DNA from: Halarcobacter sp.
GTDB lineage: Bacteria; Campylobacterota; Campylobacteria; Campylobacterales; Arcobacteraceae
Direction: 5' to 3'
DNA: 64,000 bases
Assembly (NCBI GenBank): GCA_048571215.1
Contig: CP182352.1
Coordinates: forward strand, 736,001-800,000
Of the stretch, positions 49,095-59,601 are shown piece after piece. The translations under genes and the position numbers were made by a program. Every line of letters begins with the position of its first letter. Within the stretch, counting starts at the first letter, position 1. Below the pieces are notes generated by a model. The model was not told the origin of the DNA, made no database searches, and saw nothing but the letters and a program-made list of their open reading frames with translations.

Positions 49095-50339
49095 TTAGAT
49101 AGAGATAGTTTTATTTCTTCCAGCAGTTTTAGCTTTATATAAAGCTTCATCTGCTACTTTTAACATCTCTTCTAAGCTATTTTTGTACTCAGTTGTTAGA
49201 CCAATTGAGATCGTATAATTAAAGCTTATATTATCAATTTCCATAACTTGTTTTTCTATAGTTGTTCTAAACATCTCTAAAGCTTTTTTTGATACATCTT
49301 TTTTTATATTTGGAATCAATACACAAAATTCTTCCCCTCCAAGTCTAGCAATAAGTGAGTCTTTTGGCATATACTTTTGTAAATTTTTTGATAGTTCTTT
49401 AATAACTAAATCACCTATATCATGTCCATAAGTATCATTTATTTTTTTAAAATAATCTATATCTAATACTGCTGTAGTCAGGATATTTTTATTTTTTTTG
49501 TTTTTCTTATATAAATCAAAGCCTTCATCAAAAAGATATCTTCTATTATATAAACCTGTTAAAAAATCTTTGTTTGCTTTTTCTTTTGCCTCTTCAAAAA
49601 GTTCAATTGTATTTAGGTTTACCATCAACCTAGCTACAATCTCCTCTATAGATGAACTTTTATCTATATAATCATTAGCACCAAATTTTAAAAATTTTGG
49701 AATAGTTTCTTTATCATTTGAAGCAGATAAAGCTATAATAGCAATCTCATCAGATGAATATTTTTTTCTTAATTGGCTTGTTAATTCTAAGCCATTCATT
49801 TTTGGCATATAATAATCTACAAAGATAAGTTTTATTTTTTGGTTGTTTTTAACTATATCTAAAGCATCTTCTGAATTATTTACTACAATTGTATTTAAAT
49901 TATATTTTTTGCAGGTATCTTCAATTTTTAAAGAGTAAGTTTTTGAATCATCTACAATCATTATAGTGTGGTTTTTATTATTTAAAAATCTCTTTGTCAT
50001 GTTTACAGCTTGTTCTATAGCGTAACTTCGGTCTTTTATTATGTAATCAATTACATTTTTATTTTCTAAGATATTGTTATTTATATTTGATTCATCACCT
50101 GATAAAACTATTATGGGAATATTATACTTTGAAACTAAATCTACAATCTCATTACCTTGAGCATCTGGTAGGTTTAAATCTAGTAAAGCTATATCAAATT
50201 TTTTATATTTTAATAGTCTTTCATGACATCTTTGTTTACTCTCTGCTTGAATAACTTCAACATTAAGTTTCTCTTGGATTGAATAAGCAAGTCTGGTGAT
50301 AATTGTTCTACTGTCATCTACTATTAAAACTTTTTTCAT
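49095..50339 (-). CDS. Response-regulator diguanylate cyclase (REC-REC-GGDEF)
   Basis: VDDS/LLDLNLPD, VDDS/VDYYMP, DIDYFKKINDTYGH, GGEEF; no RxxD I-site. Confidence 0.92.
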   Translation of the reverse strand: MKKVLIVDDSRTIITRLAYSIQEKLNVEVIQAESKQRCHERLLKYKKFDIALLDLNLPDAQGNEIVDLVSKYNIPIIVLSGDESNINNNILENKNVIDYIIKDRSYAIEQAVNMTKRFLNNKNHTIMIVDDSKTYSLKIEDTCKKYNLNTIVVNNSEDALDIVKNNQKIKLIFVDYYMPKMNGLELTSQLRKKYSSDEIAIIALSASNDKETIPKFLKFGANDYIDKSSSIEEIVARLMVNLNTIELFEEAKEKANKDFLTGLYNRRYLFDEGFDLYKKNKKNKNILTTAVLDIDYFKKINDTYGHDIGDLVIKELSKNLQKYMPKDSLIARLGGEEFCVLIPNIKKDVSKKALEMFRTTIEKQVMEIDNISFNYTISIGLTTEYKNSLEEMLKVADEALYKAKTAGRNKTISI

Positions 50340-50422
50340 CTATAACCTTTTGTGTATATAGTTTTATAAAAAATATAATAATATATTAAAATTATTAAAT
50401 TTTAAATGAATAATAGAAAAGT

Positions 50423-50722
50423 TTATTTATTTTTCTTGTTTTTAGTTTTAGCTATACTGCAACCTGTGGTTATTTCTAAGTTTATTGTTGTTTCATCATT
50501 AGAGATTTCAAAATGTTCATCAGAGAGAATTTTTTTAGTTATATTTTTTTTTATTATGATAAAAAAAGGGCATTTAGCAAATTCTATTAGGCACTTTTTT
50601 TCTATATTTTCATTAGAAACATATAAATCTATAAATCCTTTATTAGTATTTAATAGATATTTGCTACTACTATTTATAAAAGAAGAATCCTTTTTTAAAC
50701 TATAAACTTTTATTTTATACAT
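50423..50722 (-). CDS. Hypothetical protein
   Basis: GAGG RBS before ATG at 50722; no recognised motif. Confidence 0.45.
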   Translation of the reverse strand: MYKIKVYSLKKDSSFINSSSKYLLNTNKGFIDLYVSNENIEKKCLIEFAKCPFFIIIKKNITKKILSDEHFEISNDETTINLEITTGCSIAKTKNKKNK

Positions 50723-50794
50723 CTTGCCTCTTTTCAAATTAATAGATTTTAGCAAGTTTATTATTAATAAATTAAATAATTATATATTATTATA

Positions 50795-51004
50795 TTATGT
50801 ATTATTATTTCTAATATTACTAATAGTTTTTCCCCCTATGCCATAGTTATCTGTTGGAACTTCTTCTATTAAAACAACAGTTGAAGATTCACCTCTATTA
50901 AAGATTTTAACAAAACTATTAGTTATCTCTTTTATTAGTTGTTCCTTTTGCTCTTTTGTAGCACCACCATCTTCATGGGTCATTTTTACGTTTATAAAAG
51001 GCAT
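50795..51004 (-). CDS. 4-oxalocrotonate tautomerase family protein
   Basis: MPFI N-terminal Pro, TKEQK, VLIEEV..NYGIGG. Confidence 0.9.
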   Translation of the reverse strand: MPFINVKMTHEDGGATKEQKEQLIKEITNSFVKIFNRGESSTVVLIEEVPTDNYGIGGKTISNIRNNNT

Positions 51005-51006
51005 TT

Positions 51007-52191
51007 TTACTCCTTATTTATTCCTATAATTTTTGAAAATGTAAGTAACATAGCTCCTAAAAAAACAATAAAAGCTGTAAGATATAAAGCATAAGTGTAG
51101 TCACCAAACTTTTCAATTAAAGATACACTATATAATGGTGCCATAACTTGACCTATCCCATAAGCAGTTGTTATTGCACCCATTAGTACAACTGGATTAT
51201 TTCCTGCTAGTTTTCCTCCAAGATTCATAAATAGTGCAACTAAGCCCACAAAAGTTCCACCATATAAAACCCCTGAGAAGATGTTTAGGTATACATTATT
51301 TGTAAGTGCTGAGATTAAGATACCAACAACTTGTAAAAGCATAGCAATAACAATTATATTTACACTTCCATATCTTGAGGCTAGGGTCATCCAAATAATA
51401 CATGAAGGGATACCAGCAAGTCCGACAACTGTCCAAGTTAAACTCCCATATCCTTGTAAGCCCTCTAATGAGTTGATAATATCTGGTAGAAATGTTCCTT
51501 GAACAACAAAGCCAATACCCTCACAAAAATATGCAATTATAAGAATAATAACAAATGGAGAGAATATTTTTATATCAAATTTGTGTTTTACAACTTGAGG
51601 TTTCTCTTTTTTATCAAATGAAAGGATATAGATACTATAAAAAGATGCAAAAAGTGCAAAAATTGTTAATACTATCCAAGCTGTTTCCCAAGTGCCATTT
51701 AGATAATCAACTCCTCTAACTAATAAGTCAGTTGTAAAAATAGCAAAACCAATACCTGAAAAATGTATCCCCATAGCTTTAGTTTTACTATCTAGTTTAA
51801 GTCTACTCATAACAATTGCAGAACCAACAACAACACACATAGCTGTACCAAAACCTGCTATTATTCTTGATATAATCCAGATTGTTTCATTTTGAGTTAT
51901 TCCTAATATTAGTGTTGTTAGTACTGATAAAATCATCCCAATTTTAAAAAACTTAATCTTTGCATGCATATTATTTATAAATACTGCAAAAATTGAACCT
52001 GAAAGGTAGCCCACATAATTAATAGAGGCTAAAATACCAGCAAATTTAACACTTAAAAAATCGTTTAACATAGCTGGAAGTTGCGAGGTGAAACTAAATC
52101 TGGCAACACCAATTCCAATAATTAAAGCTGTAATTCCTGCTAATATAATGGCTGCATTTGAATTTTTATCCAATAAATTAATTTTATTCAT
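51007..52191 (-). CDS. YbfB/YjiJ-family MFS transporter
   Basis: GVARFSFT..LP, ASINYVGYL, 12 TM; GGAG RBS before ATG at 52191. Confidence 0.85.
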   Translation of the reverse strand: MNKINLLDKNSNAAIILAGITALIIGIGVARFSFTSQLPAMLNDFLSVKFAGILASINYVGYLSGSIFAVFINNMHAKIKFFKIGMILSVLTTLILGITQNETIWIISRIIAGFGTAMCVVVGSAIVMSRLKLDSKTKAMGIHFSGIGFAIFTTDLLVRGVDYLNGTWETAWIVLTIFALFASFYSIYILSFDKKEKPQVVKHKFDIKIFSPFVIILIIAYFCEGIGFVVQGTFLPDIINSLEGLQGYGSLTWTVVGLAGIPSCIIWMTLASRYGSVNIIVIAMLLQVVGILISALTNNVYLNIFSGVLYGGTFVGLVALFMNLGGKLAGNNPVVLMGAITTAYGIGQVMAPLYSVSLIEKFGDYTYALYLTAFIVFLGAMLLTFSKIIGINKE

Positions 52192-52284
52192 AACTACTCC
52201 AAGTTTTATATTTTGACATTCTATCACTAAAGATGATATAATGTCAAATATCTAATCATGATTAGTGATATAAGGAAAAGTGAT

Positions 52285-53112
52285 ATGGATTCTAATTTAT
52301 TAAAAGTATTTGTAACAGTTGCCAATAAAAAATCAATCTCAAAAGCAGCAAACAGTTTAAATTTTGCTCAGTCAAATGTAACTTCAAGAATAAAACAGCT
52401 AGAAAAAAATTTAGATTGTAAACTATTTCACAGGGTGCCACAAGGGGTGGTTTTAACCCATGAGGGGGAAAGATTATATCCCCATGCAATTGAGATTATA
52501 AAAAAGATTGAAGAGGCTGTTTTAGATATGAAAAATATGTTAAAACAGGAGCAGTTAGTGATAGCTTCAACAGAATCAAATGCTGTTACAAGAATCGTAA
52601 ACTTTTTATTAAAACTTCATGATGATTATCCATCCTTACAATTAGAACTTATTACGAATACAACTACTGATATAAAAAAGATGATTTTAGATTATAAAGT
52701 AGATATAGCTTTTATAAGTGGAATACCAAAAGAGGAAGAGTTGGTAGTTTTAAATAAAATAGATGAAGAGTTGGTTTTAGTTGAACCTTTTGAGGAACAA
52801 GCTCCAAGTATATTTTTAAGTTTTAAAAAAGGGTGTGCATATAGTGGATTTGCCCAAGACTACCTATTTGAAACTACGCAAATTGAACACAAAAAATTAG
52901 AGTTTGGAAGTTATGAAACAATTTTAGGTTGTGTTAAAGCTGGAATGGGAAAATCTATATTGCCAATAAGTATTGTAAAAAAGTTAAAATTTGATAATGA
53001 GATAAAAGTTTCAAAATTAAAAGAAAAGGCTTGGGGTATGCCAACTTGTTTAGTTTGTAGAAAAGACAATATCCCTAAGATTGGTGAATATTTAAAAAAT
53101 ATAGAGTTGTAA
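52285..53112 (+). CDS. LysR-family transcriptional regulator
   Basis: SISKAA..LNFAQSNVTSRIKQLE..LF.R HTH; divergent from the MFS-tautomerase operon. Confidence 0.93.
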   Translation: MDSNLLKVFVTVANKKSISKAANSLNFAQSNVTSRIKQLEKNLDCKLFHRVPQGVVLTHEGERLYPHAIEIIKKIEEAVLDMKNMLKQEQLVIASTESNAVTRIVNFLLKLHDDYPSLQLELITNTTTDIKKMILDYKVDIAFISGIPKEEELVVLNKIDEELVLVEPFEEQAPSIFLSFKKGCAYSGFAQDYLFETTQIEHKKLEFGSYETILGCVKAGMGKSILPISIVKKLKFDNEIKVSKLKEKAWGMPTCLVCRKDNIPKIGEYLKNIEL

Positions 53113-53124
53113 AGGTTTTAACCT

Positions 53125-54354
53125 TTACTCCTCTTCTGTTCTTGGGTCAAGTACTGGTAATTCTAAACCTGAAGCAACAGGCATATTAACATAAGTTGAT
53201 AAGTCATCATCAGCTATTCTTTTTCTAGATAAAGAATAGAAAGCTAAATATATTGCTATTACAATAAATATTAGAAAGATTACTTCACTATAGTAATTAA
53301 ATAAAAACCCAATAAATATAGGGGCACAAAATGAACCAATTCCATATGTGAATAAAAGTGTTCTACTAATTTCAACTAAATCTTTATTTTCATCTACAAC
53401 ATCATTTGCTCTAGCTACCCCTAGAGGATAGAGTGAAAAGATAGTAAGACCCAATAAAAATCCACAAATATATAAAAACTGCTCATTTATACCAATAATG
53501 ATAAACAAACCTGATATAAGTGCAGTGAAAAATGAAACAACAGATATAACTTTTCTTCTTCCATATTTATCTGAGATAAGACCTATTGGCCATTGAGAAG
53601 TTAGTCCTCCTAGAAGTGTGATTAACATAAAATATGAAACAACTTCAACAGAATTATATTTTGTTAAGATATATACAGGAAACATGGTAAAAAATGCCCC
53701 AACAAAAAAACCTCCAATCAAACTTGATGTGGTTGCAAGAGGTACGACAGAGTATATTTTTGGTAGACTGTATTGCTCAAATGGTTTAAGTATAGGCTCT
53801 TTTATTTTTGTAAGTGAGATAAATACTACAGAAAATAAAATCAAAACAGAGCCTATGGTAAAGATATATTTTTTATAATTATCATCTATATTTAAAAACA
53901 ATTGTCCTAGAGCAGTTGATAGATAAAATATAATTGTATAGATAGCTAATACTTTCCCTCTATTTTCATGGGAACTTTTTTCATTTAACCAACTTTCTAA
54001 AATAATCAATAATCCATAAAAAGAGAAACCAGATATTAGTCTTAATATAGCCCAGATAATCTCATTGAAGAAAATAGAGTGTATCAAAAATGAAACTACC
54101 ATTATTGAAGCAAATGTTGCAAAACTTCTAATATGTCCCACTGATGAGATAATTTTTTGACTAAAGATTGATGAAGCGATTGCTCCCATAAAGAATGCAG
54201 AGTTAATTAGACCAATTACAGTATTACTAACCCCTTGTTCTTTTAAATAGATTCCAACAAAAGTTAATATCATACCGTAACCAATTGCTAGAAATGTGAT
54301 AGCAAAAAATAGTGACGATATGGTCATTATAGAAAATCTATCTTGTCTAGTCAT
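53125..54354 (-). CDS. MFS transporter (YcaD-like)
   Basis: VGHIRSF, ESWLN, QWPIGLISDKYGRR. Confidence 0.87.
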   Translation of the reverse strand: MTRQDRFSIMTISSLFFAITFLAIGYGMILTFVGIYLKEQGVSNTVIGLINSAFFMGAIASSIFSQKIISSVGHIRSFATFASIMVVSFLIHSIFFNEIIWAILRLISGFSFYGLLIILESWLNEKSSHENRGKVLAIYTIIFYLSTALGQLFLNIDDNYKKYIFTIGSVLILFSVVFISLTKIKEPILKPFEQYSLPKIYSVVPLATTSSLIGGFFVGAFFTMFPVYILTKYNSVEVVSYFMLITLLGGLTSQWPIGLISDKYGRRKVISVVSFFTALISGLFIIIGINEQFLYICGFLLGLTIFSLYPLGVARANDVVDENKDLVEISRTLLFTYGIGSFCAPIFIGFLFNYYSEVIFLIFIVIAIYLAFYSLSRKRIADDDLSTYVNMPVASGLELPVLDPRTEEE

Positions 54355-54494
54355 AAATATCCTTTAAGTTTTTTCGTATTATACAAAGTTTTACAAAAAA
54401 AACAATTATATAAACAAGGTTTTTATTAGAATATTTTAAAAGTGATGAATCAGTTGTTTTATTATAAAAATATGATTTATTATATTAGTTAGTT

Positions 54495-55352
54495 TTATCC
54501 TCTTTTTAAAACAATTTTTCCTAGTTTTTGTGATACTTTTTTAGCTACAACTTCACATTTTACTTTAAATAAAAAGAAAACTCTTTTATCTTTATATCCT
54601 TCTAAACACTCAAAATTTCCCATACCTTTAGAGAGTACCAATGGCGTATTTTCAAAACTTTGCAAAAACTCACTACTTGCTTGCTCTTTTTCAAGTCCTG
54701 GGGTGTCAACTCCTGTGCTTACAACCTTACAATATTTATCAATACCAACTTGTAAAGCCTCTTTTGTAGTGATATCATTTATGATTGCTTTTCCTCTTGT
54801 TGCATATATGATTTCAATATTAGGGTAAAGTTGATTGATTGTTTTTACTAGTACCTTATCAAATACATTTTCCCCTGCATTATCTGCTAATATTATAAGT
54901 TGTGAAGTTTTTTCTAACTCATTTTTAAATATATTATAATCATTTATTGCAAAATCTGTTTCAAAGATAGTATTTATCTCTTCATCCAAACAAAACTCTT
55001 TTGTGGTGGCAAAATCTATTACATTTCCAGCAACTGCAGTTTTTATTGCAGTAAATAGTTTATCTTCACTATCTTTTATCTTTTTTTCAACTTGTGGCAA
55101 ATAAGATGTGGCTTTTTTTATTGATTCTTGTTTTAAACTCTCTAAGGGATCATCTAAATTTGTTTTTTTAGCTAAAAGTTCATAAACCTCTTTTGCTACA
55201 AAAGGAGGGGTGTCGCTAAAGGAAAAGTTTAAGGCTCTTTTATTTACCTCTTCCATAATCTCTTTAGATAAAGACTCATCTAGCTCTAAAAGTTTTGTAG
55301 CCTTATCTATTTGTCCAATTATACATTTTACACATTCATTAGTAATATTCAT
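54495..55352 (-). CDS. DUF89/ARMT1-family damage-control phosphatase
   Basis: CVKC, AGNVID, DNAGE, INDIT, KGMGNFE, KC. Confidence 0.88.
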   Translation of the reverse strand: MNITNECVKCIIGQIDKATKLLELDESLSKEIMEEVNKRALNFSFSDTPPFVAKEVYELLAKKTNLDDPLESLKQESIKKATSYLPQVEKKIKDSEDKLFTAIKTAVAGNVIDFATTKEFCLDEEINTIFETDFAINDYNIFKNELEKTSQLIILADNAGENVFDKVLVKTINQLYPNIEIIYATRGKAIINDITTKEALQVGIDKYCKVVSTGVDTPGLEKEQASSEFLQSFENTPLVLSKGMGNFECLEGYKDKRVFFLFKVKCEVVAKKVSQKLGKIVLKRG

Positions 55353-55478
55353 AAAAACTCTTTAAAAAATTTGCCTATTATTGTCATTTATCACTTGTTT
55401 TTAACTTAAGAGTCATTTAATTTATTTAATTTTTTCTTTATTAAAGTTATAATTGCATCTTCTATAATAAGGATTTTC

Positions 55479-56765
55479 ATGTTTAAATTAAAAGAACATA
55501 ATACTAATGTTTCAACAGAGCTTTCTGCTGGGTTTACAACATTTTTAACAATGATGTATATAGTTCCTGTAAATGGATTCATTTTAGCAGATGCTGGACT
55601 ACCTATGGATGCAGTTGTAACTGCTACTGCACTTATAACAATCTTGGCTACACTTTTTAGTGGTTTATGGTCAAATACTCCAATAGCAATGTCTGTAGGA
55701 ATGGGACTTAATGCTTACTTTTCATATGGTTTAGTTTTAGGTATGGGATTGGCTTGGCAAACTGCCTTAGGTATCGTCTTTTTATCTGGTATTTTATTTG
55801 TTATTTTATCATTTACAAATTTTAGGATTTGGATTATGACCTCTATTCCTATGAATTTAAGACGTGCTATTAGTGCAGGTATTGGAACCTTTATCGCTTT
55901 TATTGGTTTAAAACAGATGCAGATGATAGTTGACAACAAAGCTACCTTAGTTGGTCTTGGTGATTTTTCAGACTCAAATGTATTACTTGGAGTTTTAGGA
56001 CTTGTATTATCCTTTTCTTTTTATGCCTATAAAATAAGAGGGGCATTTATTTTATCTATTGCAATTACTTCTATTGTTGCTTGGAGTTTTGGTGTTGGTT
56101 CTTTCCCAACTAGTCTATTCTCAGCTCCTAGTTCTATTGCACCAATTGCTTTAAAACTTGATATTGCTAGTGCTTTAACCTTATCACTTTTACCAGTAAT
56201 AATTACATTTTTAATAACAGATATGTTTGATACATTAGGTACTTTAACGGGTGTTGGTACAAGGGCAAAACTATTCCAAGAGAATAATAAAGATGATAAA
56301 TCTTTACAAAAAACTCTAGAAGCTGATGCCATAGCTACAACAGCCGGAAGTTTACTTGGAGTATCTACAACAACCTCTTTTATAGAGAGTGCAAGTGGAG
56401 TAGAAGAGGGTGGAAGAACAGGACTTACAGCAGTTTTTACGGCTATGTTTTTTATATGTACACTTTTTATGTTACCACTTTTTAAATCTATTCCTGGAAA
56501 TGCAATTTATCCAGTATTAGTAGTAGTTGGGGTATTGATGTTTACAGAACTTGGTAAAATAAATTTTGAACAAACAGATTTAGCTACAACAGCAGCAGCA
56601 TTTTTTATAGTGATACTTATGCCTTTAACCTTTTCTATTACTAATGGAATAGCAGCAGGATTTTTAGTATATACAATGCTTAAGTTTGTAAAAAAAGAGT
56701 ACAAAGATTTAAATCTGGGAATTTTAACAATCACCTTTATAAGTCTTCTATCATTTATATTATAA
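55479..56765 (+). CDS. NCS2 purine permease (AzgA/PbuG-like)
   Basis: AGFTTFLTM.YI, GMGLNAYF, DMFDTLGTL, ESASGVEEGGRTGLT. Confidence 0.92.
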   Translation: MFKLKEHNTNVSTELSAGFTTFLTMMYIVPVNGFILADAGLPMDAVVTATALITILATLFSGLWSNTPIAMSVGMGLNAYFSYGLVLGMGLAWQTALGIVFLSGILFVILSFTNFRIWIMTSIPMNLRRAISAGIGTFIAFIGLKQMQMIVDNKATLVGLGDFSDSNVLLGVLGLVLSFSFYAYKIRGAFILSIAITSIVAWSFGVGSFPTSLFSAPSSIAPIALKLDIASALTLSLLPVIITFLITDMFDTLGTLTGVGTRAKLFQENNKDDKSLQKTLEADAIATTAGSLLGVSTTTSFIESASGVEEGGRTGLTAVFTAMFFICTLFMLPLFKSIPGNAIYPVLVVVGVLMFTELGKINFEQTDLATTAAAFFIVILMPLTFSITNGIAAGFLVYTMLKFVKKEYKDLNLGILTITFISLLSFIL

Positions 56766-56774
56766 GGAAATTAT

Positions 56775-57221
56775 TTGGAAAAATATTATTACGGTTATGA
56801 CGAATTTAAAAAGGATGCACAAGTTTTAGTAAACAAGTGTAAAGATTATGAGCCAGAGATACTTTTGGCTGTTGCAAGAGGTGGTTTAACATTAGCTCAC
56901 TTAATGTCACAAGCTATGAATATGAGAAATCTATTTACGATAAATTCTATCCATTATGAGGGGGAGTTAAAATTAAATAGTTTTAATATTTTTAATATTC
57001 CTGATATGTCTCATGCAAAAAAAGTTTTAATTATTGATGATATTGTTGATTCTGGTGAAACTATGGAAGAAATTTTAAAAATATTAAATAAAAAATTTCC
57101 AAAAGTGGAATTTAAACTTGCAACACTATTTTATAAGAGTGAAGCCCTAATAAAGCCTGATTACAGTGTAAGAGAGGCAAACGAATGGATAGATTTTTTC
57201 TGGGAAGTTGACTTAGTTTAG
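56775..57221 (+). CDS. Purine phosphoribosyltransferase (Gpt-like)
   Basis: AVARGG, VLIIDDIVDSGET PRPP motif, WIDFFWE. Confidence 0.88.
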   Translation: MEKYYYGYDEFKKDAQVLVNKCKDYEPEILLAVARGGLTLAHLMSQAMNMRNLFTINSIHYEGELKLNSFNIFNIPDMSHAKKVLIIDDIVDSGETMEEILKILNKKFPKVEFKLATLFYKSEALIKPDYSVREANEWIDFFWEVDLV

Positions 57222-57324
57222 TAATAATATATGTAGTTTATATATATTTATAGTGATTCTTTTCTATTTTTCAAACTAACTTGTGTTATAATTTTCTAGA
57301 AAAAAAATTATTTATGGAAAATAC

Positions 57325-57579
57325 ATGACATTTATTGACTTTAAAAAATTACTTTTAGATGCCGAACTTACAATTCCTAAGTTTACAGCACTTATAAAAG
57401 TAAGTGAGAAAAATATTCAAGCTTACAAGAAAAAAGAGGAAGTTCCAAATGCTATTGCAGTTGTTGCCGCTTGTTTTGCAAAGATGAATCAAGAGGGTAT
57501 GGACTATAAAAGTTTAATAGAAGAGTTAGACTTGAAGAAAAAAGAGAAAAAAGGTGCAGGCTTCTCTTCAAAGAAATAA
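57325..57579 (+). CDS. Small hypothetical protein (possible HTH)
   Basis: 84 aa; FKKLL...LTIPKFTALIKVSEKNI..YKK resembles an XRE-type HTH. Confidence 0.6.
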   Translation: MTFIDFKKLLLDAELTIPKFTALIKVSEKNIQAYKKKEEVPNAIAVVAACFAKMNQEGMDYKSLIEELDLKKKEKKGAGFSSKK

Positions 57580-57653
57580 TTAAGAATAAACTCTTAAATA
57601 ATCATTAACATTTTTTAGGTATACTTCCCAAAAAAATCAAGGAAGTATATTCT

Positions 57654-58040
57654 ATGACACTTAATAAAAATGTGAAACTATTTTTAACTATAGCCTCTAT
57701 TATGATGGGCTTAGCTGTTGCTATTGGAGCTTTTGGAGCACATGGATTAAAATCATTAGTTGATGAATCTATGCTTAAAGTATATCAAACAGGTGTGCAA
57801 TATCAATTCTACAATACTCTAGGACTATTTGCAGCTTCATTTATAATCTATTTGAAACCTGATTCTAAAAAAATTGTTATAGCCTCTTGGCTTATTTTAT
57901 TAGGTATGCTAATTTTCTCTTTTTCATTATACTTATTAGTTATTTTAAGTATGCCAGTTTTAGGTGCTATAACACCTATTGGTGGAACTTTGATGATAAT
58001 TGGTTGGATTTTATTAGCTTATGGTATTTATAAGGAATAA
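57654..58040 (+). CDS. DUF423 membrane protein
   Basis: GAFGAHGL, TGVQYQ, FSFSLY, GAITPIGG. Confidence 0.9.
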   Translation: MTLNKNVKLFLTIASIMMGLAVAIGAFGAHGLKSLVDESMLKVYQTGVQYQFYNTLGLFAASFIIYLKPDSKKIVIASWLILLGMLIFSFSLYLLVILSMPVLGAITPIGGTLMIIGWILLAYGIYKE

Positions 58041-58041
58041 G

Positions 58042-58848
58042 ATGACAGCTATTGAAAAAATACAAGAGGTTCGAGATTCAAGATGGTTCTCTAATCTTAC
58101 AACCTCTATTATCATAGCATATGCTTCAATTTTAGGATTTAAAACCTTAGATCAAGTGGAAAATGAATATGATATTTTTTTAAGATTTGCAGATTATTTC
58201 GTAACAATATATTTTGTTTTTGAGTTAGCAATAAAAATGGTAGCGGAGAAAAAGTTTTTAAACTTTTTTAAGTCGGGTTGGAATTTGTTTGATTTTATAA
58301 TTGTTACAATAACACTTCTTCCTTTAGAATCATCAAATCTTGCTGCAATTGCTAGACTTATGAGGGTATTTAGGGTCTTAAGACTTTTTACAGCACGTCC
58401 AGAGTTAAAAGCAATTATCGATATGTTGATTCGTGCAATACCTTCTATTATTGATATTGTTATCTTAATGTTTATAATCTTTTATATATATGCAATTATA
58501 GGAAGCTTTTTCTTTGTTGATTTACCATCAGGTTTATGGGATAACTTCTTGGTTTCAATGTTAACATTATTTAGAGTTTTAACATTTGAAGATTGGACAG
58601 ATGTTATGTATGAAGCTATGGAAGTATATCCTTGGGCATGGATATATTTTGTATCTTTTGTAATCATTGCTGCTTTTGTATTTTTTAATCTTTTTGTTGC
58701 AGTTATTATTGGAGAGATGCAAAAACTTCAAGAGGTAGATATGAAAGAAGAGATACATGAAGATCATTTAAAACTTGATATTATGTTAGAAGAGATTAAA
58801 GCTTTACGATCTGAGCTAAGAGATTTAAAAGAGGATAGAAAAGAGTAG
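58042..58848 (+). CDS. Bacterial voltage-gated cation channel (BacNav family)
   Basis: 6 TM, WNLFDF, S4 RLMRVFRVLR, filter TFEDWTD, C-terminal coiled coil; AAGGA RBS before ATG at 58042. Confidence 0.92.
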   Translation: MTAIEKIQEVRDSRWFSNLTTSIIIAYASILGFKTLDQVENEYDIFLRFADYFVTIYFVFELAIKMVAEKKFLNFFKSGWNLFDFIIVTITLLPLESSNLAAIARLMRVFRVLRLFTARPELKAIIDMLIRAIPSIIDIVILMFIIFYIYAIIGSFFFVDLPSGLWDNFLVSMLTLFRVLTFEDWTDVMYEAMEVYPWAWIYFVSFVIIAAFVFFNLFVAVIIGEMQKLQEVDMKEEIHEDHLKLDIMLEEIKALRSELRDLKEDRKE

Positions 58849-58864
58849 ACTTTAAAGTCTACTC
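58843..58864. terminator. 22-bp palindrome between convergent genes
   Basis: gagtagacttt|aaagtctactc overlapping both stop codons. Confidence 0.55.
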
Positions 58865-59482
58865 ATTTGTATTGAAAGCTCGATCTCCAGCATCACCAAG
58901 ACCTGGTCTGATATATTTATTGTCATCTAATCTTTCATCAACTTGAGCGATATAAATATCAACATCTGGATGAGCTTCTTGTACTGCTTTTACCCCCTCA
59001 GGTGCTCCTAATATATTTAAAGAGATAATTCTTTTTGCACCTTTATTCTTTAAATACTCTATCCCATCTATTAAAGATCCACCAGTAGCAACCATTGGAT
59101 CAAGTAGTAATACTGTTTTATCCTTTATTTCAGGAATATTCTCATAAAAAAGTTTTGATTGGGCAGTTTGCTCATCTCTTTTCATGGCTAAAAAACCACT
59201 TCTTGCGTATGGTAGAGTTCTTAAAATACCAGTTAACATAGGTTCACCAGCTCTTAAAATTGGAACTAAAACAAGTTTTTGTACCTCTATCATTTGAACA
59301 TCTAAAGGTCCTTGCCAAGTGTTGATATTTTGTGTTACTGTTTCAAAGTCTGCTAAGGCTTCAGAGGCAATTATTCTAGATATCTCTTCAATAGTTAGTC
59401 TAAATTCATTTGAAGCAGTTCTAACATCTCTTAATCTATTAACAAGATGTTTTACTACTATGTTTGTACTTTCTTTATACAT
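58859..59482 (-). CDS. upp: Uracil phosphoribosyltransferase
   Basis: VPILRAG, LLDPMVATGGS, YIRPGLGDAGDR. Confidence 0.95.
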   Translation of the reverse strand: MYKESTNIVVKHLVNRLRDVRTASNEFRLTIEEISRIIASEALADFETVTQNINTWQGPLDVQMIEVQKLVLVPILRAGEPMLTGILRTLPYARSGFLAMKRDEQTAQSKLFYENIPEIKDKTVLLLDPMVATGGSLIDGIEYLKNKGAKRIISLNILGAPEGVKAVQEAHPDVDIYIAQVDERLDDNKYIRPGLGDAGDRAFNTNE

Positions 59483-59601
59483 TTGTATTCCTATAAAATT
59501 TTAATAAACTATAACAAAAAATTGCTTATTAATCGTACAATAATTTACAATAAGTTAATCCTAAATTGGGTAATATTTTAAAAATTATAAAAAGAGTTAA
59601 A

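Noticed and set aside
50406..50705. 99-aa plus-strand ORF
   Set aside because: Overlaps the minus-strand ORF that has an RBS; no RBS or motif of its own
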